Below are positions 17,568 through 24,174 of a DNA stretch of 24,174 nucleotides, one piece after another. Numbering within the stretch: position 1 is the stretch's first letter; each line of letters starts with the position of its first letter. The DNA is from a virus (taxonomy: Duplodnaviria; Caudoviricetes), in IMG/VR virus record IMGVR_UViG_3300027612_000021, positions 1 to 24,174 of that record; one strand, 5' to 3'. The position numbers and the translations under genes were made by a program. A model generated the notes under the pieces. The model was not told the origin of the DNA. It searched no databases and was given only the letters and a program-made list of their open reading frames with translations.

Positions 17568-17775
17568 TGCAACTATCTCCTTTACGTTCTTTTGCAGTGC
17601 TTAACAAATCGTACAGCTCAGCAAAGTCAAACATCATATCACGAGCAAATTCAAAGTCGGGACTGTTAGTGTCATCTCCTAGTCTCATAAACTCCTCTTC
17701 GTAATACTTAAATTGATTACTAACCATTCTATATAGTTTATTAAACCTTTTCTTTTTTATGACTAAAGTGTACAT
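17557..17775 (-). CDS. Hypothetical protein
   Basis: Start revised to MYTLV, downstream of GAGGAGG (17782-17788). Confidence 0.65.
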   Translation of the reverse strand: MYTLVIKKKRFNKLYRMVSNQFKYYEEEFMRLGDDTNSPDFEFARDMMFDFAELYDLLSTAKERKGDSCNDK

Positions 17776-17917
17776 CAACGTCCTCCTCATCTTCATAATA
17801 CTCTGGTTCATTTAGACGAAACCCTAACAACTTAGCACAGGCTGCTCCAATTAATAGAGCGACTAACCCGGCTAACACGATGATGATGCTGTACATCACA
17901 AACACTTCTAAGCCCAT
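17741..17917 (-). CDS. Small single-pass membrane protein, first gene of the replication arm
   Basis: Start revised to MGLEV (AGGAG upstream). Hydrophobic segment IIIVLAGLVALLIGAACA followed by an acidic tail. Confidence 0.65.
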   Translation of the reverse strand: MGLEVFVMYSIIIVLAGLVALLIGAACAKLLGFRLNEPEYYEDEEDVDVHFSHKKEKV

Positions 17918-18122
17918 AACAATGCTCCTGTATGTCAATGAACCTTTATAGTAGTTGTATGTGTGACTGAGACAATGCGACATAAGTATTATTGACATCC
18001 TGTCCGTATTATGTATAGAGCATCGTAATAACTGTTTAGAACTTTAGAGGGACCTTCACAGGTATACACACTTGTCAAGTTCTCCATAGGTCTAAGAAGA
18101 TCTGTGCAGTGCACCATAGCTA

Positions 18123-18153
18123 TTATACTTTGGTATATTAGACTAAAGTATAA
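18123..18153. repeat. Inverted repeat containing the 18-bp box
   Basis: TTATACTTTGGT-atattag-ACTAAAGTATAA (11/12 match). 18136-18153 is identical to the reverse complement of 6909-6926. Confidence 0.85.
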
Positions 18154-18154
18154 C

Positions 18155-18183
18155 TTGACAGGTCGATATAGATGTGCCATAAT
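18155..18183 (+). promoter_or_regulatory. Sigma70 promoter in the terminal region
   Basis: TTGACA, 17 nt spacer ending in TGC (extended -10), CATAAT. Confidence 0.75.
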
Positions 18184-18391
18184 ACTTAGGTGGGGTCGAT
18201 ATAGGGCCGGGGGAGGGGGTCTGTAGCGTAGGAATAATTGTAGCACCTTCACAGACTTGCAAAAGAGTAAAAATCACTAATAATCGGTATAATTACTGTA
18301 TAGATTTACAGTGTTTATAGAGGTTTTATTGGTTGATTTTTAAGAAAAACTTAATAATTAGCAGCCCTCGTTGGATTTTAGTAAAAAAGGC

Positions 18392-18420
18392 TTGACAATT
18401 AGACTAAAGTATGATAGACT
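18392..18420 (+). promoter_or_regulatory. Sigma70 promoter of the packaging operon, with the box in its spacer
   Basis: TTGACA, 17 nt spacer (ATTAGACTAAAGTATGA, ending in TGn), TAGACT. A-tract upstream. Confidence 0.8.
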
Positions 18421-18450
18421 ATTACGCATCTGGGTAAACTATGCAGTTCC

Positions 18451-18903
18451 ATGTCAAGCACTAAAGAAAATCCACTGAAGACAGTGGTAGTTCCTACTGA
18501 ATCTGAGAAGTCACCACCTGTAAAGAAACGTGGAAGACCTCGTAAATCCGCTATAGAAGCTAAAAAGGCCGGGAATAGGGGTAAAGTAGGTAGACCTGCA
18601 GGCGATGCAGCCCGTATTAATGAATTTAAAGCACGGTTGTTGGCTACATCAGGCGATAAAGTAATCAATAAGATTATTGACATAGCCCTAGATGACGATC
18701 ACCAAGGGCAAATGGCAGCCCTGAAGATGTGTATGGATCGTGTCCTTCCTGTTTCTTATTTTGAAAAAGATAAAACAACAGGAGGACGTAATAGTGTCTC
18801 TATAACAATTACAGGTATTGGTGGAGAAACACAGGTTGTTGGTGAACCCAACGAAGACGTTATGGAAGCTGAATACACCGAAGTGAGGAAGGATGAAGCC
18901 TGA
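18451..18903 (+). CDS. Putative terminase small subunit
   Basis: 150 aa, first gene of the packaging operon. AT-hook-like KRGRPRK and GRP motifs, and a C-terminal beta strand 'VSITITGIG'. The exact start is uncertain because the RBS is weak. Confidence 0.65.
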   Translation: MSSTKENPLKTVVVPTESEKSPPVKKRGRPRKSAIEAKKAGNRGKVGRPAGDAARINEFKARLLATSGDKVINKIIDIALDDDHQGQMAALKMCMDRVLPVSYFEKDKTTGGRNSVSITITGIGGETQVVGEPNEDVMEAEYTEVRKDEA

Positions 18904-19342
18904 GCTGTTAGAGATTATTAAAGAAGACTTAATCAAGCATGAAGGCTATAGGGATACGATTTATCTCTGCTCCGAAGGAATACCGACATTCGGTATAGGT
19001 CACGCAGTAAAGGAGAATGATCCTGAACACGCTTGGCCCGTTGGAACTTTCGTAGAGAAAGAAAGAATTGACAATGCTTTTAAAGCTGATTTGAAGGATG
19101 CTGTAGAAGATGTTGAACGCCTTGTTAGTGATTTGTATAGCCATCCTGACCAGTGTATCCGTGTACTTGCTAATATGGCATTTAATCTTGGGCGAACCCG
19201 TCTTTCAAAGTTTAAAAGAATGCTTAAAGCAGTTGATGAAAAAGATTACAAAGAGGCTGCCAATCAAATGGTAGATTCTCGTTGGTACAGTCAAGTAGGT
19301 GGGCGTTCGGTTGAGTTGGAAAACTGGATGCGTAACGCTTAA
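18893..19342 (+). CDS. Lysozyme (T4-like, GH24), probable endolysin
   Basis: HEG-x6-LC-x5-TFGIGH, NMAFNLG, FKRML, DSRWYSQVGGR. Confidence 0.9.
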   Translation: MKPELLEIIKEDLIKHEGYRDTIYLCSEGIPTFGIGHAVKENDPEHAWPVGTFVEKERIDNAFKADLKDAVEDVERLVSDLYSHPDQCIRVLANMAFNLGRTRLSKFKRMLKAVDEKDYKEAANQMVDSRWYSQVGGRSVELENWMRNA

Positions 19343-19344
19343 CA

Positions 19345-20601
19345 ATGTCTGATTTAAATGTAGAGCTTCTACCTTGGCAACAAGATGTAATGAATGCATC
19401 TGAAAGATTTAAGGTGGTGGCTGCAGGCAGACGTTGTGGAAAGAGTCGCCTAGCTGCTTGGATGTTAATTATTAATGCTCTACAGAGTAAATCTGGACAC
19501 GTCTTTTACGTAGCTCCTACACAGGGACAGGCAAGGGATATTATGTGGGGCGTGTTAATGGAACTAGCTCACCCTATCGTATCTAGTAGCCATGTCAACA
19601 ATATGCAAATCAAGCTCATTAATGGAGCTACGATTTCGTTAAAAGGGGCTGACAGACCTGACACAATGCGTGGTGTTAGTCTGAAGTTTCTTGTTCTTGA
19701 TGAATATGCAGATATGAAGCCTTCTGTGTGGGAAGAAGTGTTACGTCCTGCTTTGGCTGACCAAAAGGGAACAGCCTTGTTTATCGGAACGCCAAAAGGA
19801 CGTAATCATTTCTATGAGTTGTACAAGTATGCAGAGTTGAGTGAAGACACGACGTACAAAGCTTGGCACTTTACATCCTATGACAATCCTCTTTTAGACC
19901 CAGAAGAGATTGATACGGCTAAACAGAGTATGTCTAGCTATGCCTTTAGGCAGGAATTTATGGCTAGTTTTGAAGCCTTAGGTTCTGAGATCTTTAAAGA
20001 AGACTGGGTATCTTTTTCCAACGAAGAGCCTGACGACGGTGATTATTATATTGCTGTTGACTTAGCAGGGTTTGCAGATGTTGCTAACGCTCGTTCCGCT
20101 AAAAGTAGAAAGTTAGATACTACAGCTATTGCCATTGTTAAAGCAAATACAGACGGGTGGTGGGTAGCAGATATTATTTATGGCCGTTGGGATATTAAAA
20201 AGACAGCTAGGAAAATATTTGAAGCTGTAGATGCCTACAAGCCTGTTGCCGTTGGAATTGAAAAAGGGGCATTGCGTAATGCAGTGATTCCTTATCTCAC
20301 AGACTTAATGAAAAGTGGACAGAGGTTCTTCAGAGTAGAAGAGCTTACACACGGGAATAAAAAGAAAACTGATCGTGTTGTATGGGCCTTACAGGGGCGT
20401 TTTGAGCACGGACAGATAAAACTATCAGAAGGCGAATGGAACACTGAGTTTATGGATCAGTTGTTTCAGTTTCCAAATCCATTAGTTCACGATGATTTAG
20501 TGGATGCCTTGTCGTATATAGATCAGCTTGCCAAAGTTAGTTACTACTATGACTTTGAAGAAGATGACTATGAAATCCTTGACCCTATAAGTGGATACTA
20601 A
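19345..20601 (+). CDS. terL: Terminase large subunit
   Basis: Walker A GRRCGKS, Walker B LVLDE, coupling motif IGTP, nuclease AVDLA and HDDLVDALSY. Confidence 0.95.
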   Translation: MSDLNVELLPWQQDVMNASERFKVVAAGRRCGKSRLAAWMLIINALQSKSGHVFYVAPTQGQARDIMWGVLMELAHPIVSSSHVNNMQIKLINGATISLKGADRPDTMRGVSLKFLVLDEYADMKPSVWEEVLRPALADQKGTALFIGTPKGRNHFYELYKYAELSEDTTYKAWHFTSYDNPLLDPEEIDTAKQSMSSYAFRQEFMASFEALGSEIFKEDWVSFSNEEPDDGDYYIAVDLAGFADVANARSAKSRKLDTTAIAIVKANTDGWWVADIIYGRWDIKKTARKIFEAVDAYKPVAVGIEKGALRNAVIPYLTDLMKSGQRFFRVEELTHGNKKKTDRVVWALQGRFEHGQIKLSEGEWNTEFMDQLFQFPNPLVHDDLVDALSYIDQLAKVSYYYDFEEDDYEILDPISGY

Positions 20602-20602
20602 T

Positions 20603-22684
20603 ATGCAAGACGATTACAAAGGGCTCTATGAGGCCGATGCAGCCGGATGGATTATGCAGAAGTGTGACCAATGGCGTGACCATTATGAGTCTAACTATGC
20701 GGAGAAGTTTGAAGAATACTATCGCCTATGGCGTGGTATCTGGTCCGCTGAAGACTCTATGCGTAATTCAGAGCGTTCACGGATTATTTCTCCTGCACTG
20801 CAACAGGCTGTTGAGTCTAGCGTTGCTGAGGTTGAAGAGGCGACGTTTGGACGTGGACGTTTCTTTGATATCCGTGATGACATTGCAGATCAAAACAAGA
20901 ATGATATTGTCATCCTACGCACCCAACTAGAGGAAGACTTTAAAAGGACAAAGATCAGAAAGGCTGTTTCTGAAGCTCTTATTAATTCGGCTGTGTTCGG
21001 TACAGGCGTTGCTGAATTAGTCATTGAAGAGCAAAAGGAGATGGCCCCGGCTACCCGTCCTATTATGGAGGGAGCTATGGAGGCAGTAGGCGTTGAAATG
21101 CGTGAACGCTTTGTGGTTAAGCTAAAACCTGTTCTTCCTCAGAACTTCTTAATTGATCCTGTTGCGACAACGATAGAAGAGGCCTTAGGCGTAGCTATTG
21201 ATGAGTTTGTCCCTAAACATCAAGTGGAGCAATTAATAAGCAGCGGCATCTATCGTGACGTTGTACTAGAAACAACCTATCCAGACGTTGATTTAGAGCC
21301 AGATCAAGATCTAACAATCTATGATGACGATAAGGTACGCCTAACTAAATACTATGGTTTGATTCCTCGTTACATCTTTGATGCAGCTATGAAAGAAGAG
21401 CTAGACGAAGATGAAGTGATTGCTGAATTAGTTGAAGAAGACGAAGTAGAAGACACTGAAGGTTATGTTGAGGTGGTTGCTGTCATTGCCAACGGCGGTC
21501 AGCTTCTAAAGATTGAAGAAAACCCCTACATGATGCAAGATCGTCCTGTTGTAGCATTCCCTTGGGATGTTGTTCCCGGACGCTTCTGGGGCCGTGGTGT
21601 ATGTGAGAAGGGCTACAACAGTCAGAAAGCTCTCGACACAGAGCTACGTGCTCGTATTGATGCCTTGGCACTCACTGTGCATCCTATGCTCGCTGTGGAC
21701 GCCTCACGGCTTCCTAGAGGGGCTAAGATGGAAGTACGTCCCGGCAAAACTATTCTCACTAACGGAAACCCTGCAGAAATTTTACAGCCATTCAACTTTG
21801 GTCAGGTTAATCAAATTACGTTTGCACAAGCAGGTGAACTACAGAAGATGGTTCAGATGGCTACTGGTGCTATTGATGCCGCAGGTATCCCCGGCTCTAT
21901 CAACGGTGAAGCCACTGCCGCAGGTGTGTCGATGTCTCTAGGAGCGATTATCAAGCGTCACAAGCGGACATTGATTAACTTCCAAGAGAACTTCCTCATT
22001 CCAATGATTGAGAAGTCTGCATGGCGTTATATGCAGTTTGATCCAGACTTGTATCCTGTTCAGGACTTCAAGTTTATTCCTTCTACGTCACTTGGGATCA
22101 TTGCACGAGAGTATGAGGTGACACAACTTGTACAACTCTTGCAGACAATGGATAAGCAATCCCCGATGTACCCTCTTCTTCTTGAAGCCATCATTGACCA
22201 TATGAATGTATCCAACCGTGAGCAATTGATTGGGACACTGCGTCAAGCAGGGCAGCCTAATCCACAGCAACAACAGGCTGCACAGCAACAAGCACAAATG
22301 CAGATGGCACAGCTACAGGCTCAGATAGAAGCATTTGCGGGTCAGGCCGCTGAAGCTAGAGCAAGGGCTGAAAAGTATGCGACAGAAAATTCATTAGCAG
22401 AATATGAAGCAATGACTGATCGTATCAGAGCGTTGTCAACAAACCTCTCTGAAGGAACTGACGACGAGAAAGAGTTTGAGAGACGAGCTAAAACAGCAGA
22501 GCTAGTTCTCAAAGAGCAAGCAATTAAAAACCAAGCATCACGAGGAGTGACAAATGCTAACACAAACGGAAATGCAACGAATCTTGGATCAGGTCAACAG
22601 CAGGTTCGACTACCTGAACAACAAAATAGAGAAGTTGGAGGCCCGGCTCAACCAACAGCCGAAGGCCAGAACAATGTCCAATAA
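20603..22684 (+). CDS. Portal protein (P22-like, long C-terminal Gln-rich extension)
   Basis: About 690 aa, directly after TerL, with 'PGRFWGRGV' and a Q-rich barrel-like C-terminus. ATG at 20603 is preferred to GTG at 20591. Confidence 0.85.
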   Translation: MQDDYKGLYEADAAGWIMQKCDQWRDHYESNYAEKFEEYYRLWRGIWSAEDSMRNSERSRIISPALQQAVESSVAEVEEATFGRGRFFDIRDDIADQNKNDIVILRTQLEEDFKRTKIRKAVSEALINSAVFGTGVAELVIEEQKEMAPATRPIMEGAMEAVGVEMRERFVVKLKPVLPQNFLIDPVATTIEEALGVAIDEFVPKHQVEQLISSGIYRDVVLETTYPDVDLEPDQDLTIYDDDKVRLTKYYGLIPRYIFDAAMKEELDEDEVIAELVEEDEVEDTEGYVEVVAVIANGGQLLKIEENPYMMQDRPVVAFPWDVVPGRFWGRGVCEKGYNSQKALDTELRARIDALALTVHPMLAVDASRLPRGAKMEVRPGKTILTNGNPAEILQPFNFGQVNQITFAQAGELQKMVQMATGAIDAAGIPGSINGEATAAGVSMSLGAIIKRHKRTLINFQENFLIPMIEKSAWRYMQFDPDLYPVQDFKFIPSTSLGIIAREYEVTQLVQLLQTMDKQSPMYPLLLEAIIDHMNVSNREQLIGTLRQAGQPNPQQQQAAQQQAQMQMAQLQAQIEAFAGQAAEARARAEKYATENSLAEYEAMTDRIRALSTNLSEGTDDEKEFERRAKTAELVLKEQAIKNQASRGVTNANTNGNATNLGSGQQQVRLPEQQNREVGGPAQPTAEGQNNVQ

Positions 22685-22706
22685 GAAAGTTGAAGAAAAG
22701 GCTTGA
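22554..22706 (+). CDS. Small coiled-coil protein overlapping the portal 3' end (not in ORF track)
   Basis: GAGGAG (22542-22547) precedes the ATG. MLTQTEMQRILDQVNSRFDYLNNKIEKLEARLNQQPKARTMSNKKVEEKA* (50 aa), with a heptad pattern. Confidence 0.65.
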   Translation: MLTQTEMQRILDQVNSRFDYLNNKIEKLEARLNQQPKARTMSNKKVEEKA

Positions 22707-22745
22707 CTTTTCAGAATTTATATGCTATACTATATCTATATAGTA
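22703..22745 (+). promoter_or_regulatory. Sigma70 promoter for the scaffold/capsid block
   Basis: TTGACT, 17 nt spacer ending in TGC, TATACT. Preceded by AAAAGGC, as is the 18392 promoter. An 8-bp inverted repeat TACTATAT/ATATAGTA overlaps -10 and +1. Confidence 0.8.
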
Positions 22746-22774
22746 GTAGTCAAAGCACCTATTAGGAGAATGGT

Positions 22775-23017
22775 TTGACAAAAGAAGAACAAACATACTA
22801 CGAGAACTACTTTACCTTGTTTCTTGATGAAGGATGGAAACAGTTCATCGACGAGATCAAAGGTTCTTTAGAGTTATATAAAATAGAAGATATAAAAAAT
22901 CAAGAGCATCTTAATACCGTTAAAGGAGAAATTAAGATGCTTCAGCGTGTAGCCACTTTTGAAGATGGTATACGCAATGCTTATAAAGTATTTACGGAGG
23001 ATGAAGATGATTCGTAG
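22775..23017 (+). CDS. Hypothetical protein (head-associated region)
   Basis: TTG start after TAGGAG, 80 aa. Confidence 0.7.
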   Translation: MTKEEQTYYENYFTLFLDEGWKQFIDEIKGSLELYKIEDIKNQEHLNTVKGEIKMLQRVATFEDGIRNAYKVFTEDEDDS

Positions 23018-23216
23018 ATATGATTATAAGTGCACAGTATGTTCACACATTGAAGAGCAATGGGTAGATTCTTCAGAGGATCTTTCTACTTGTCTTGAAT
23101 GTGGTGAAACAGCACAGCGGATAATCTCTCCAGTCTCTACGAAGTTCAAAGGTTTCGGTTGGCCCGATGCCGATGATAAGTGGGCAAGAGATCACGAGAG
23201 AGCCGCTAGTAAATAA
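23007..23216 (+). CDS. FmdB-family Zn-ribbon protein
   Basis: YDYKCTVC...CLECG...RIIS...FKGFGW. Start revised to MIRRY, downstream of GGAGG. Confidence 0.75.
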   Translation: MIRRYDYKCTVCSHIEEQWVDSSEDLSTCLECGETAQRIISPVSTKFKGFGWPDADDKWARDHERAASK

Positions 23217-23252
23217 CTATCCATAATGCTATCTTAGCACGGAGTAATGATA

Positions 23253-24035
23253 ATGGCAACATTTATAGATCAGCGTGAAGACGAAGAAGTCGAAGGCGAA
23301 GAAACAACTTCTCTTGATGAGACTCCTGAAGAGGAACAACCTCAACAAGAACCACAATCAGATATACCTGATAAATACCGGGGCAAGAGCCTTGAAGAAA
23401 TTGTCAGGATGCATCAAGAAGCTGAAAAGCTTTTGGGCAGGCAAAGTTCTGAAGTGGGTGAGTTGCGTAAAACCGTTGACACTATTGTCCAAGCACAACT
23501 GGCAGAAAAAGAACAAGCCCACGCTAGTACGGTAGAAGAGATTGACTTCTTTGACGATCCTAAACGTGCTGTAGAACAAGCAATTGCTAACCACCCGAAG
23601 CTTAAAGAAGCCGAAGCTGTCACAGCACAGATGAGGCAGTCAGAGGCTTTGTCACGGCTAAAGAGCGTTCATCCAGACTTTGATACAATTGTAACTGACC
23701 AGAACTTTTTAAACTGGGTAGAAAAATCAAAGATAAGGACCAAGCTTCTTCACGACGCTGACAAAAAATATGACTTTGACGCTGCGGATGAGCTACTGAG
23801 TTTGTGGAAGGAGCGACAGAATATTGTTGCAGAAGCTGCTAATACAGAAACAGAAGCTCGTAAGAAATCGGTTAGGAATGCATCTACAGGGAACACAAAG
23901 GGAAGCGCAGAATCTCCATCTCGTAAAGTTTATCGCCGTGCTGACATCATTAAACTCATGCAAACTGACCCTGACAGGTATATGTCATTAGCAGAAGAGA
24001 TTCGCACTGCATATGCTGAGGGTCGTGTAAGATAA
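23253..24035 (+). CDS. Capsid scaffolding / assembly protein
   Basis: Acidic N-terminus, 'PDKYRGKS...HQEAEKLLGRQSSEVGELRK', C-terminal 'AYAEGRVR'. Lies directly before the capsid gene. Confidence 0.8.
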   Translation: MATFIDQREDEEVEGEETTSLDETPEEEQPQQEPQSDIPDKYRGKSLEEIVRMHQEAEKLLGRQSSEVGELRKTVDTIVQAQLAEKEQAHASTVEEIDFFDDPKRAVEQAIANHPKLKEAEAVTAQMRQSEALSRLKSVHPDFDTIVTDQNFLNWVEKSKIRTKLLHDADKKYDFDAADELLSLWKERQNIVAEAANTETEARKKSVRNASTGNTKGSAESPSRKVYRRADIIKLMQTDPDRYMSLAEEIRTAYAEGRVR

Positions 24036-24052
24036 CATTTTAGGAGCTTATC

Positions 24053-24174
24053 ATGGCTAAAGTCGCATTCCCCGGAGGAGCCTCCTCCATTGTCAATACT
24101 ACCGCCGCCGCTACGTTCATCCCAGAACTCTGGTCTGATGAAATTGTAGCCGCATACAAGAAGAACCTCGTTCT
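24053..24174 (+). CDS. Major capsid protein, 5' part (runs off window)
   Basis: TAGGAG RBS. MAKVAFPGGASSIVNTTAAATFIPELWSDEIVAAYKKNLV contains the FIPExWS capsid N-terminal motif. Confidence 0.85.
   Translation, partial: MAKVAFPGGASSIVNTTAAATFIPELWSDEIVAAYKKNLV

Larger units (their letters stand above)
17918..18450. other. Divergent non-coding control region, probable genome termini / terminal repeat junction
   Basis: About 530 bp between divergently transcribed arms, just upstream of TerS. Dense in short direct and inverted repeats, promoters and a G-tract. The terminus assignment is inferred from architecture. Confidence 0.55.

Noticed and set aside
17761-17769. GACTAAAGT, a partial copy of the box inside a coding region
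   Set aside because: Only 9 bp, with divergent flanks and no promoter context; compatible with chance.
17992-18078. Additional TTGACA hexamers (17992 on plus, 18073 on minus) as promoters
   Set aside because: Neither has a good -10 at 17 nt spacing. They are kept only as parts of inverted repeats.
17989-18252. 87-aa minus-strand ORF across the control region
   Set aside because: No RBS. Its poly-Pro and repeated 'LYRP' simply translate the G-tract and the DNA direct repeats.
7158-20601. Introns, inteins or a DnaJ-type Zn-finger insertion in nrdA, nrdB, polymerase, helicase or TerL
   Set aside because: All reading frames are continuous and compact, with no extra domains or splice motifs.
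22250-22330. CAA/CAG/GCACA repeats in the portal gene
   Set aside because: These encode the ordinary Gln-rich portal C-terminus and are not a DNA-level array.
131-23623. Many short ORF-track entries antisense to, or nested out of frame in, long genes (e.g. 131-343, 3169-3369, 7222-7596, 9645-10100, 13929-14222, 21567-21941, 23358-23594)
   Set aside because: They are shadows of well-supported genes, with no convincing RBS or recognisable motifs.
1-24174. CRISPR array, tRNA genes, integrase/att site, reverse transcriptase or DGR, and stop-codon reassignment
   Set aside because: By eye I found no spaced repeats, cloverleaf, recombinase or RT motifs. TAA, TAG and TGA all end intact genes under the standard code.

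Overview
This window is part of a lytic, short-tailed (podovirus-type) dsDNA phage genome, apparently circularly permuted. It holds two opposed arms. The minus-strand replication and nucleotide arm (about 17917 to 6340) appears complete. It encodes small early genes (a GcrA-like HTH and Zn-finger proteins), a T7 gp4-like primase-helicase, an endonuclease VII-like nuclease, a Tyr762-type family A DNA polymerase, SSB, a 5'-3' exonuclease, an HNH nuclease, a DUF3310 protein and class Ia ribonucleotide reductase (nrdA, nrdB). The plus-strand morphogenesis arm runs from TerS, lysozyme, TerL, portal and scaffold to the start of the capsid gene at the right edge, and resumes at the left edge with tail tubular and ejection proteins. 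No RNA polymerase or integrase is visible; transcription appears to use near-consensus sigma70 promoters. The arms converge at terminators near 6300-6955 and diverge across a structured non-coding region (17918-18450) that probably contains the genome termini. The layout resembles RNAP-less T7-supergroup podoviruses such as Zobellviridae (inference, no database search). The most notable signals are: (i) a 14-18 bp box, TTAGACTAAAGTAT(AA), shared by two terminal-region promoters and a terminator-insulated orphan gene 11 kb away; (ii) a promoter firing into a G5AG5 G-quadruplex-like tract with no downstream ORF; (iii) several small overlapping genes missed by the ORF track.
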